From an uncultured Acidobacteriota bacterium (GTDB lineage: Bacteria; Acidobacteriota; Thermoanaerobaculia; Multivoradales; SZUA-115), in assembly GCA_963805975.1 (NCBI GenBank), contig CAWDVR010000002.1:1024001-1088000 (forward strand): DNA of 64,000 nucleotides, given 5' to 3'. The stretch's first letter is position 1, and each line of letters begins with the position of its first letter. Of the stretch, positions 51,408 through 62,383 are shown piece after piece. The position numbers and the translations under genes are program-made. The notes under the pieces were generated by a model. That model had not been told where the DNA came from. It searched no databases and was given only the letters and a program-made list of their open reading frames with translations.

Positions 51408-53597
51408 ACCCGCCTTCCAGCTCCGGATGCGGTCCGGCCCGGCGGGCCTGGAGGGCCGAGGGCGAGCCCACCTCGTTGATCGGCGGCTTGCGGTCGGCGG
51501 ACGGTGCCTCGGGAGCGGGCGCTGCATGGCTCGCGTCCGCCGGAGGTGCTGCCTCGTGGCCGGGTGCGCCATTGCCGCTCGCATGGGGCGCGCCGGCGGA
51601 GACCACGTCGGTGCTCACGCCTTTCGCCGCCGCCTGGTTCTTGAGCATCTCTTCCATCATCTGCCGGCCGATGGCGATGCCCTCCTCGACCAGCGCCAGA
51701 TTGATGGCATCACGGCCGCGCTCGGCTGCCAGGGCCTCGATGCGGTCCTGGGTGCGGTTGCGCATGAAGCCTGCCGGCACGCGCAGGATGCGCTCCACGG
51801 CCTCGCCGTGCCAGGTGAAGGCGGAGAGCAGCGGCACGTGCTTGGCGTCGCGCGCGATGAGGCGCTTCTCGCCCGTCCGGAGCCTCCGGCCCGTGGGCCG
51901 GTGCCGCGTGCCCGTTGGCCGTGCCGTTGGGAGCCATCTCCTCGGCGCTTCTTCCATCGATGCCGTGGTCGGCGCGTCGCCCGCGGCGGCGATGCCGTCG
52001 CCCAAGGGCACGCCGGTCTCCTCTTCGACCACTTGCTGCGCCAGCTCGAGCGTGATGGTCGGGAGCTTGCGCAGCCGCGCCGTCTTCTCGATGCGCGCCT
52101 TGGCCCGCCGGCGCTTGTAGGCGTCCTTCAGGGTCCACAGCGCGCGGCGCGCGCTCTCGCTCCACTTGAGCTTGCGGCCGTCGTAGGTGACCTCTTCGGT
52201 GAGGGCGCCCTCGGCGCGCGCGATGCGGTCCAGCGTCTCGCGGTCGATGCGCTCGAGGTCGCCGCTGCCGCAGACCCCGCAGCGCACCGCGTCCGGCTCG
52301 CTCGCCGCCACACCGCAGCTCTTGCAGATCGCCACCGGCTGGCGCTCGGCGAGCTCGAGCGCCATGCGCTCGGCGAGCTGGAAGGTCACGTCCCGCGCCT
52401 GCTTGGGCATGAAGCGGTCCATCGCCTCGTCGATCACCGAGTTGGTGACCACGCTGTGGCCCTTCTCGAGCGCCAGGCGCAGGATGCCGGTGCGCGCGAT
52501 GCCCTTGACCTGCGGCGGCACGCGCAGCATGCGCTCCTCGGCCTCGGGCGTCCACTTGATGCTCTCCTCGGCACGCACGTCGATGTCCGGGTAGGCGAGG
52601 CGGGTCGAGAGCAGCACGTCGCAGGGGCAGCGGCGGAGCAGGTTCTCGGTGTTGCTGCCCAGGCCGGTCTCTTCCGCCGGGCTGTGGACGCCGATGCGGC
52701 CGACGACCACCAGCCATGGGTTGGTCTTGCGCACGTGGTCGAGGATCTTCTGGAACGCCTTGCCGTCGAGCAGCGTCTTGGTCACCACCGTGCCGGCGTC
52801 GAGCGCCATGCGCTCGGCGACGTCCAGGTGCGACTGGTAGATCTGCGCCAGGCCGGTGTCGATGATCTCCTCGTGGAGCTGGTTCTGCTCCTCGAAGCGG
52901 AAGACCTTGGAGGCCTTCTCGGAGAGCACGCCGACGATGCCGTGGAAGACCGAGTAGTGAAGGTACGGGTCGTAGACGCCGATGATCTCGACCTTCTTCG
53001 TCGAAGCGCTCGGCGAGCCCGAGCGCCGTCTGGAGCGCTCCGAACGACTGCGGGCTGCCGTCGATGCCCACCAGGATGGTGTCGCCCTCGGGCTCGTCCT
53101 TCTTGGGCAGGTGCTTGACCACCCAGACGTCGCGGTTGGAGGTCCGCGCCACGCGATCGCAGACCGAGCCGATCTCGCTGTCCTTGACCCGGCCGATGCC
53201 GAGCGCGCCCGATCACCACCAGGTCGTAGTCGGCGCTCTCGATGTCCCGCACCAGCTCGGTGTGGTGCTTGCCGTCCATCATCCGCGGCTCGAAGGCCAG
53301 CCCGTTGTCCCGGCAGAGGTTCTCCATCTGGTCGAGGTAGCTCTCGGAGATCAGCTTCAGGCCGAGGGTGATCAGGCTGTCGTGGATCTTGCGCTGGCGC
53401 TCGAGCTCGACCTCGTCGAGGTACTCCTCGGGGAGCGTGTACTCCATCTGCTTGAAGCGGTAGTCGTGCATGCGGGCGGCGTAGACGTGGCAACCCACCA
53501 GCGAGGAGCCGAACGCCTTGCCGAGCGCGACGCTGTTGGCGATCGCCCGGTTCGAGAAGTCGGAGTTGTCGACCGGGACGTAGATCTTGCTATACAT
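51406..53597 (-). CDS. Tandem universal-stress-protein domains plus three PCP_red-like domains and a Zn ribbon (frameshifts near 53210 and 53000)
   Basis: KIYVPVDNS..DLVVIG..IGSV; ILVGIDGS..VVVGRIG..LGSNTE; IKWTPEAEERMLRVP, CKSC..CGVC, LKWSESARRAL, FTWHGEAVERILRVPAGFMR. Confidence 0.8.
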
Positions 53598-55315
53598 GTG
53601 CTTGGACCTCTCCGTTGTCCTGGTTGCCCTGCCCGCCGGCAAGCTCTCGAGAGTTCCGGCGCCGCACCCACAGCGACCAGCAGGATCTCGACCGCCAGCA
53701 CCGCCACGGCGGCCCGCAGCATCGGCCAGACCGGCGACGGGGTCTCTCGCGGCATGGTGTACAAATACATCCACTGCGTCAAGCCCCGCTTGTTGCCGCG
53801 CTCGCGCTGGTGCCGTCCCAGAGCGAGAAGGCGACGGGAACGTACTGCCCCTCGGCGAAGGTCACGCTGCCGCTGCCGCGTAGCGCACGCTTCAGGATCA
53901 CCGACCACTCGCCGCGGTCGTAGCTCGCCACCGCCGCTCACGTCCTCGCCCTCGATCACGGTCAGATTGTCGCTTCCCGCGCCAGCGTAGCGTTGCACCA
54001 CCTTCGTCGCCAGGTCCACGAACCAGAGGTCGACCGGGTTCTGCGCGTCGCCGAACAGGAAATAGGGCTTGCGGATACCGCTCGGAAGCTGGGCCGGGAG
54101 CTGGATCGCGACCGCGTCGGAGAACTCGGTCTCGGGGCTGGTGGCCGCGGTGCCGCCGCCCTCGTCGCCCCAGAAATCGCCACCGGCGCCGTCCGCGGCC
54201 GGGGCTGCGTCCGCACCCCAGAAGTCCCCACCTTCGGCAGCGGCGGCCGCGGGCGCGGCTTCGTCACCCCAGAAGCCGCCCTCGCCTGCTGCCGGCGCGG
54301 CGGCGGCCTCGGCCTGGTCCTCCTCGGGCGGAACCACCAGGTCGGGCGCGTTGCGGCCCGCGACGTCGGCCCGCATGTCGTGCCAGGTGAGCAGGAAGGC
54401 GATCTCCCTGGCGTTGTAGACCGCTCGTACGGTGATGCCGTTGGCCGACGGATGGAACGCGCGGCCCGGCTCGGTGATCTGGCCGACGACCGGGAAGTAG
54501 GCCGGCGGCGCGGTGGCGAACGTTTCCTCGCCGCGCTCGAGGTCGATCTCGTCGGCCGTCCACTGGACCTGCAGCAGCTCGGAGTACGAGGGCGCATCGC
54601 GGGGATCGAGCGAGACGATGAAGTCCACCAGCTGCCAGCGCTGCTCGTCGGTGAGCGACTCGGCGAAGGACGGCATGGGCGTGCCGTTCATCCCGGTGGT
54701 GAAGGTGCGGTAGATGTCCTCGCGGGTCGGGCCGCCACGGTAGGTCCAGCGCTTGGTGAGGTCGGCAGGCCGGATCGAATGGTCCCAGTCGTCCTTCAAC
54801 GTGGGCGCCGAGGTGCCGTCGCCGCGCCCGAGCTCGCCATGGCAGGCCCCGCAGCCGATCTCGACGTAGACCTGCTTGCCTTTCTCGGCCGACTCCGTCG
54901 AGAACGACGGCGCCTTCGGGATGGTGAGCGCCGTGGGCTTGCGCTCCGGGTTCGCGAAGTCCGGCGAGAAGGACTTGACGGCGGCGATGAGCTGGTTGAT
55001 CTGCTCCTCGGAGAGGTGCTTCCAGCCCGGCATCGAGGTGTAGGGCATGCCCTCGCGCAGGATGTGCTGCAGGTCCTCGTCGGTGGGGAGCGCGCCGCTC
55101 GGCGTGTGCCGGACCTTGAACTTGGCCGAAGTGAAGTCGCGCGGGCGCGGCACCAGCCGCGGCGCCGCGATCCCTTGGCCGTCGCCCTGCTCGCCGTGGC
55201 ACTGGGAGCAGAGCTTCTGGTAGAGCTCTCCGCCGGGCGGGTTGTCCTGGGCAGAGGCCCCCGGCACCAGGAGCAAGGCGAACCCGAGAGCCGCCGCGAA
55301 CCGCACCCCCGTCAC
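53590..55315 (-). CDS. Periplasmic diheme cytochrome c plus EB_dh/DOMON-like domain and C-terminal membrane anchor (about 3 frameshifts at 53650-53940)
   Basis: Signal peptide, CSQCH, CGACH, VRAVYNAREIAFLLTWHD, FSDAVAIQLP, KPYFLFGD, VAFSLWDG..ERGNK. Confidence 0.8.
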
Positions 55316-56136
55316 TCGTGCACCTCCTCGCGCGCCCGCGGCTGCTGCTCCGAGAAATCGTAGAGGAACAGGATCACGTCCCACATCTCTTCCTCGGTGA
55401 GGAACTTCTCCCACGCCGGCATGGCGGTGTCCCAGGGGCCGGCCTCCTCGGGCAGGCCGGGGCCGCCCTTGCCGATGCGCCAGAAGAGGAAGGACTCCTG
55501 CAGCAGCGCGATGGCGCCGCCATCCGCGAAGTTGGTGGGGATCGGGTTCAGGCCGTGCGCGAACATCCCGTCGCCCCGCATCGCGTCGCCGTGGCAGTAG
55601 AAGCAGTTCTGGTAGTAGACCCGCCGGCCGTTGGCCAGGTGGCCGGCGAAGGCGGTCGGGTCGCTCTGCTCGAGCGGGCGGTAGGGATTGTCGAGCTTCA
55701 CCAGGTCGAACTGCTTGTCGTGCACCGTGATCGAGTCGGGCGGCGCGGGGTGGATCGTGCGGCCGAAAGCCGGCGCCTCGAGCTTGACGTTCATGCGCCG
55801 GTAGACCCCGAACGCCACCAGCGCCGGGATCAGCAGGACGACCGCGTAGAGCAGCGGGCGCCGCCGGGGCTCGAGGCACAGGCGCACCAGCGGCCCGGTG
55901 AACGCCTGCAGCCGCTCGCGGCTGGAGGTGACGTAGGCCACGGTCGCCAGGGTGACGATGCCCATGTAGAGCGAGATCACCGACTGCGGCACCGGGACCT
56001 TGAACCCGAAGCGCAGGAAGACCCAGACCGAGAACCAGGTCACCACGGTCCACAGGAACGAGCCGGCGCGGCGCTGGCGCAGCAGGAACTGCACGGCAAG
56101 GAGCGGCAGCACCACCCAGAGGACGATCGGGTTCAT
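55312..56136 (-). CDS. Membrane-anchored monoheme cytochrome c
   Basis: N-terminal hydrophobic helices, CFYCH, distal Met in AMPAWE. Confidence 0.85.
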   Translation of the reverse strand: MNPIVLWVVLPLLAVQFLLRQRRAGSFLWTVVTWFSVWVFLRFGFKVPVPQSVISLYMGIVTLATVAYVTSSRERLQAFTGPLVRLCLEPRRRPLLYAVVLLIPALVAFGVYRRMNVKLEAPAFGRTIHPAPPDSITVHDKQFDLVKLDNPYRPLEQSDPTAFAGHLANGRRVYYQNCFYCHGDAMRGDGMFAHGLNPIPTNFADGGAIALLQESFLFWRIGKGGPGLPEEAGPWDTAMPAWEKFLTEEEMWDVILFLYDFSEQQPRAREEVHE

Positions 56137-56180
56137 CGCATCATGTCCTTTGCCGGTCCCTCATCTCAGTGGCCCCTCTC

Positions 56181-56753
56181 TCAGTGGCTGGGGACCGGGG
56201 CGGGTGCCTCGGCGCCAGCCTCACCGCCGGCCGGGGCCGCCGCGGGGGCGCCCGCCGCCACACCGGCGCCGCCGGCCTGCCAGGGCAGCTTGGTCTCCAG
56301 AGTGACCGTGGTGGTCCCGCCGAGGCTCTGCAGGTAGGCGATGACGGCGAGGATCTCGTCGTCGGTCAAGCCGATCGGCGGCTTGCTGATCGCTGGCATG
56401 CCGGGGTTGAAGCCCGGCACGATGAACTTGTCCGGCTCGTAGAGCGACTGCGCCAGGTACTCGACGTCGGAGAGGCCGGCGATCCGGGTCGCGGCGCGGG
56501 CGCCGATGCCCTCGAGGTCCGGGAAGCGCAGCGCTCCCGACTTGCCCACCGTGTGGCAGGTGAAGCACAGGCCCTTGCCGTCCATGATCTCGCGGCCGAC
56601 CTTGAGCATCTGCTCCGGCGTCATGTCCTTGCTGAGCACCACCTCCGCGGGCGGATGCACTTCCTTCTGCGGCACCAACTGGCCGACATACGTGTAGAAG
56701 CCGGTCGTGGCGACCGTCAGCGCGGCGATGCGCAGGCTCACGGGGACCTTCAC
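56181..56753 (-). CDS. Monoheme cytochrome c
   Basis: N-terminal anchor, CFTCH, YLAQSLYEP..IVPGFNPGMP. Confidence 0.85.
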   Translation of the reverse strand: MKVPVSLRIAALTVATTGFYTYVGQLVPQKEVHPPAEVVLSKDMTPEQMLKVGREIMDGKGLCFTCHTVGKSGALRFPDLEGIGARAATRIAGLSDVEYLAQSLYEPDKFIVPGFNPGMPAISKPPIGLTDDEILAVIAYLQSLGGTTTVTLETKLPWQAGGAGVAAGAPAAAPAGGEAGAEAPAPVPSH

Positions 56754-58632
56754 GCGACCGCTCCCAGGTCCGTGGAGCTCGGCCCAGGGGGCTCGCCGGG
56801 GGAGGAGAGCTCACCTTGGGCTCCCAGTCCTTCTTGCCGCCCAGGCTGGCGAGCCAGAACACGAAGCCGATCAGCAGGAAGAAGATCAGCACGGTCACCG
56901 AGACCACCTGGGTGGCAAAGCCCAGCGTGGGGGTGAAGGCGTCCACCGAGGTGTCGCGGATGACGCCGTAGACGTGCCAGTGCTGGCGCAGGCCCGAGCG
57001 CACGTAGCCCATCAGCCCCATCAGCCAGGTGAAGGTGACGGCGATGAAGATCAGCACGTACTGGGAGATGGGCGCGATCTGGCCCCAGCGCGGCTCGCCG
57101 GCCTTCTTGGCGTTCCTGAACATGAAGACGTCGATCACCGTCACCGCCACCATGGCGAAGAGCACCGACAGCACCTGCGGCACCGAGAACGCGATGCGCA
57201 CGGAAGCCTCGACGAAGTAGCCGTAGACACCGAGGAAGATCACGAACGCCGCGACGCCGACGAAGATGCCGAGCTGCGCGCGGTTGCCCGCCTTCGCCCA
57301 GGGGACGATCGGGGTCTTACCGCTGCGGCGATAGAGCAGGAAGCTCACGAAGGTGGTGAGGATCAGGATGTTGACCGCGGTGTTCTTGGCCGACATGACG
57401 CCCAGGAATTGCAGGGCGGGGTGGGCGGAGCCGCCCATCGCCCGAATCTCGGACACGGTCGAGATGATCGAGCGCGGCGTCGCCCAGACCGCGAAGCAGA
57501 GCGCCACCAGGATCAGCAGGTACTTGATGTACTTCTGGAACTTCTCGGCGCCGGCGATCCGCCCCATCCCCAGCCACAGGTAGTAGTTGGCGCCGAGGAA
57601 GAGGTTGCCGATCAGCACCGCCTGGATGATGAACAGCCAGGAGAAGGCGCCGCCCATCATGGTCAGCCCCAGCGTCTGGGAGTAGGCGTAGATCTCCTTG
57701 GCCAGGTAGTAGCCGGCGAAGGGCAGCGGCAGGAAGGCGCAGATCGCCACGAAGTTGCCGATGTAGCCCATCCAGTCGTAGTGGGCGCGCTCCTCGTCGG
57801 TCTTCGCCCCCAGGAACTTGAAGGCGGCGTAGGCCGCGGCCACCGAGCCGCCGAAGGCGACGTTGGCGATGATGCGGTGGACGTTGATCGGCATCCAGGT
57901 GTAGTTGCGCACCGCGTCCCAGGTGCTGATCAGCGCGCCGGTCTCGGAGATCCCCGACGGCGAGGTCATGAAGGTGAGCCAGGCGTTGGCGATCAGCATG
58001 ATCGCCGTGCCGACCACGTTCAGGCCCACTCCCAGGAGCAGGTGGACGCGGGGCGAGAACTTCCCCCAGCCGTAGTAGTAGGTGTAGAGGAAGAAGGCCT
58101 CGAAGAAGAACAGCCCGACGTAGGGCAGGAAGGTAGGCGAGAAGACGCTCACCAGGTAGGTGGTGAACTTCGGGTAGAGGATGATCAGCCCGAAGGTCAG
58201 CATCGCCCCGAACGTCGCGGTGAGCGAGAACGACACCGAGAGCAGCTTGGTGAACTCGTGCGCCAGGCGGTCGTAGCGCGGGTCCTTGGTGCGGTAGCCG
58301 ATGAACTCGATGATCAGCGCGAACATCGGCACGGCCAGCACGAAGGCGGCGAAGAGCAGGTGGAGCTGGGCCGCGATCCAGACCGCGACCCGGCTGCCGA
58401 TCCTGGGGAAGGCGCGGTACTCGGCGTCGACGTAGGGCTTCTCCCGGTCCTTCTGCTCCTGCTCGGCGTGCTGGTCGGCGAGCCCCTCGTCGCGCGGGGT
58501 CTCGACGACCTCGCCGCCCGGGGTGCTGGTGGGGGCCCGGTACTCCCGCTTGAGGAGCAGGGTCGAGACGCCGACGATCATCGCCAGCCCGAGGAGCGCG
58601 ACCAGGCCGGCGGCGAGACCCTTCTTCATCAT
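56750..58632 (-). CDS. Cytochrome bd-like (CydA-homologous) oxidase subunit without a canonical Q-loop (frameshift near the C-terminus, ~56790)
   Basis: AQLHLLF, FFEAFFLYTYYYGW, RVHL, ANAWLTFMTSP, NVHRIIAN, MGYVRSGLRQHW. Confidence 0.82.
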
Positions 58633-59300
58633 GGCGTCACCTGCTGCGGTGCAGCCGGGGTGGTCTCTGCCGGGACCGCGGGGGCCGGGGCGGCCGGGTT
58701 GGGAGCGACCTGGGGCGGCATGGTCCCGCCGGAGCGCTCGACGCGCCGCTGCTGGAGCGCACGCAGGTGCACGATGATCGCCCAGCGGTCCGCGACGGGG
58801 ATCGGGTAGCGGTACGCGGGCATCAGGCCGAAGCCGTTGGTGATGGTGTCGAAGAGCTGGCCGTCGGGCATCTGGCGCAGCCGGTCGTCGTGGAACGACG
58901 GGGTCGGCACCTTGCCGCGCTCGAAGAGGATGCCCTTGCCGTCGCCGTTCTTGTCGTGGCAGACCGCGCAGTAGATGTCGTAGCGCCGCGCACCGCGCTC
59001 GCGCACCGTCTCGTCCACCGCCATCGGCACCGCCATGACGAACGTGCCGGCGGCGTCCTTGCCCGTCCAGTAGGGGCCGTCGTCCCGCAGCTCGCCGCGC
59101 GCCACGGTGCCGGGAACCGGCGGCCGCATCGCCTTGCCGTCGTAGAAGAAGGCGCTCGCCGCCTGGGGCTCGTAGCGCGGCTGCACGTCCATGTTGGGAT
59201 TCATATGGATCGGCGGCCGGCTGGAGGTGCAGCCGCGGGCGCACCCGGAGAGGGCGAGGAGGACGAGACCCAGGGCCAGGTGCTGGCTGCGCCGGCTCAC
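58629..59300 (-). CDS. actE: Alternative complex III subunit E (monoheme c lipoprotein)
   Basis: Lipobox [41 protein letters not shown]. Confidence 0.9.
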   Translation of the reverse strand: MSRRSQHLALGLVLLALSGCARGCTSSRPPIHMNPNMDVQPRYEPQAASAFFYDGKAMRPPVPGTVARGELRDDGPYWTGKDAAGTFVMAVPMAVDETVRERGARRYDIYCAVCHDKNGDGKGILFERGKVPTPSFHDDRLRQMPDGQLFDTITNGFGLMPAYRYPIPVADRWAIIVHLRALQQRRVERSGGTMPPQVAPNPAAPAPAVPAETTPAAPQQVTP

Positions 59301-59304
59301 GCCC

Positions 59305-62300
59305 CTAAGCCTCCACCAGCTCGGGATGGGGGTTGCGGATGCGCGCCAGGTAGCTGGTGCGCGGCCTGTTGCCGAGCTCGGCCAGCAGCACGTAGTTGCG
59401 GCTGCTCTGCTTGCGCGCGCTCACCTGGGCTTGCGGGTCGCGGATGTCGCCGAAGACGATCGCCTGCGTCGGGCAGGTCTGCTGGCAGGCGGTCTGCACG
59501 TCGCCGTCGGCCAGCGGGCGCTCGGCCATCTTGGCGTCGACCCGGGCGCGCTGGATGCGCTGCACGCAGTAGGTGCACTTCTCCATCACGCCGCGCGAGC
59601 GCACGGTGACGTCCGGGTTGGCCGCCAGCTTGAGCAGCTCGGGCGTGTCCTTGGTGTAGTTGAAGAAGTTGAACCGCCGCACCTTGTACGGGCAGTTGTT
59701 CGAGCAGTAGCGGGTGCCGATGCAACGGTTGTAGACCATCGCGTTCGAGCCCGTCGGCGGTGTGCACGGTCGCCGCCACCGGGCAGACCTGCTCGCAGGG
59801 GGCGTTCTCGCACTGCTGGCAGGGCATCGGCTGGAACACCATCTCCGGCGTCTCGGGCGGGCCGGAGAAGTAGCGATCGAGGCGCAGCCAGTGCATCTCG
59901 CGGCCGCGGCGCACCTGCTCGTGGCCGACGATGGGGACGTTGTTCTCGCTCTGGCAGGCGACGACACAGGCGTTGCAGCCGGTGCAGGAGTTGAGGTCGA
60001 TCGCTCATGCCCCACTGCGGGCCTTCGTCGTACCGGTGCTCGGCCCAGAGCGGCCCGCTCTTCGGGATCTCCACCATCTCGTCCGCGAAGTGCGGCTCGT
60101 GGCGCCATTCCTCGAGGGTGGCCTCGCGCACCACCGGCCGCCCCTCCATGCTGCCGTGATCCTGGGTCTGGGCGATGCGGTGCCGGTTGCCGGAGGCCTC
60201 GAGCGCCGCGCCGGAGACGAAGCCGAGCGCCGTGCTCGTGCGCAGCGGATAGACGTTGGCGCCGACCCCGCTGCCTACCCGGCCGGCCGCGGCCGCCCGT
60301 AGCCGAGGTGCACGACGACGGTCTCCTCGGCCTGGCCGGGCACGATCCACACCGGCAGCTCGACCTCGGCCTCGCCCAACCGCAGGCGGGCGCCGTCCTC
60401 GTTGGCCAGCCCCAGGCGCTCGGCGGTCTTCGGGGCGAGGAGAGCGGCGTTGCCCCAGGTCAGCTTGGTCACGGCATCCGGCAGCTCCTGCAGCCAGCCG
60501 ACGTTGGCGAAGCGCCCGTCGTGCACCGCCGGCGAGGCCCTGAACGACAGCTCGAGGCCCGCGGCAGCCGCGCCGGCCAGCCCTGCGGCAGCCTCGGCCG
60601 GCAGCGCCGCCACAGGCAGCGAAACGGGAGCCGGCGCACTCCCTGGCAGGAGACCGTCGTGGAGCACCTTGTTGAAGGCGTTGTCGAAGGCGGTCGCGGG
60701 CCCGGAGACCGGCAGCAGCGTCCTCCAGGTCTCCCGCACGAGATCGTACGCCGTCTTCTCTTCGCCGCTCGCCAGGAGGCCCAGCACCTCGATGGCGCCG
60801 TGGCCGCCGAACAGCGGCTCGATCAGCGGCTGCACCACGCTCACGGTGCCGTCCGCCGCCCTGCAGTCGCCCCAGGCTTCCAGGAAATGGGCCTCGGGAA
60901 GGTGCCAGTCGGCGCGCGCCGCGGTCTCGTCCGCCGCCAGCCCGAGGTGGACGACGTTCTCCACCTGCTCCAGGGCCGACTCGAAGGCGAGGTCCGCGGG
61001 CGCGTCGTAGACCGGGTTCCCGCCCAGGACGACCAGGGTCGAGACCTGGTTGGCGCGCAAGGCGGTCACCAGGGCCGAAAGCTCCGCGGTGCTGGGAGCC
61101 AGCACGTCGACCGGCTCGCGCAGCAGGACCGTCGTCCCCACGTTGCCGAGCGCGGCGTTGATCGCCAGCGCCAGAGCGTGCACCGAGGGTGGCTGATGGC
61201 GGCCCGCGATCACCAGGCTCGCCCCCCGGTTCGCCACCAGGTCCTTGGCCATGACTGCGACCCAGCGCATCGCTTGATCCGAGGCGGCCTCGGCGCCCGT
61301 GACGGGCAGCGCGAGCGGCACGCCGGCCGCGGCGAGCGCCCGGCCCAGCGCCAGCGCGAAGCTGCCGATCTGCCCGGCGGGCAGGGCCAGGCGGTGGTCG
61401 GCCATCGCTCCGGTCGTGGTGTGGGCGCTCTCGACCACCCACAGCCGGTTCATCGCGTCCTCTTCCGAGGCGAGCCGGCGGCCCGCGGCAAAGCCGCGAG
61501 CGTGGGCCACGGCGTTGCTCTCGGCCAGGAACAGGTCGGCATCCAGGCTCACCACCACCCGCGCCGCGCCGAGATCGTAGGTGGCCTTGAGCGGCCGTCC
61601 GGCCAGCAGCGCCGCGCCGGCGAGCGCGTTCTCGTCGCTGACCGGCTCCCAGGTGGCAGCGCGCATCAGGGGAAAGCGCTGGCGCAAGGCCGCGAACAGC
61701 CGGTACAGCGTGGGGGACGACGAAGGCGTGGCGAGCACCGCCAGCCCGGCGCCGCCGCTCGCAACGAAGCCGGCCTCGAGCGCCTTCCAGGCGGCTACGA
61801 ACTCGGCCCAGCTCTTGCGTATGGCGCCCGCGGCGGCAGTCGTTTGCAGCACGTGCTGCGAGCGGTCCGGATCGTAGAGGCCCAGGATCGAGGCCTGCAT
61901 CTGGGCGCTGGCGCTGCCGGCGGTTCCCGGATGGAGCTCGTTGCCCTCGATCTTGGTCGGCCGACCCTCGTGGCTCTCGACCAGCAGGCCGTAGCCCTCG
62001 ATGCCGAAGGGCATGGTCGTGGCGTAGCGTCTCGGGATGCCCGGCACCGTCTCTTCGGGGGGCGCCACGAAAGGCACGATGTTCTCGACCGGCCGACGGC
62101 AACCGGCGAGCCCGGCGAGCGACAGGGAAGCCCCCAGGAGCTGCACCAGCGACCGGCGATCGATGCCCTCCGGCAGCTCCGACGCGCCCTCGGGGAACTC
62201 GCGCTCGAGGAAAGCCCGTGACTCCGGGCTGTCGGCCAGTTGCTCGAGGCTGCGCCAGTGCTCCCGCTCGCGCCGCCGCGGTTCCCCGCCGCCCCCACAG

Positions 62301-62383
62301 CCGCAGGCCGAGCCGCAGCCGCCGGAGGCCGAGCCCGGCTCACCGCCGGCGAGCTCTTCCGTGGGCTCGATCACCGGTGGCAC
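59305..62383 (-). CDS. actB: Alternative complex III subunit B (molybdopterin-oxidoreductase-like plus Fe-S domain; frameshifts near 60293, 60003 and 59748)
   Basis: [17 protein letters not shown] Tat-like signal with [64 protein letters not shown]. Confidence 0.92.

Noticed and set aside
43890-53597. Photosynthesis or chlorophyll genes implied by PCP_red domains
   Set aside because: Only the short C-terminal domain is present; no BchN/BchB catalytic domains or other bch genes.
53372-59244. Apparent large fusions (ORFs 56221..59244 and 53372..56053)
   Set aside because: The extensions are off-frame translations of neighbouring genes; the real starts are at the ATGA/GTGA overlaps (58632 and 55315).
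59305-62383. Catalytic molybdoenzyme such as nitrite oxidoreductase or nitrate reductase
   Set aside because: The leader, fused Fe-S domain and actA/actE context identify it as ActB.
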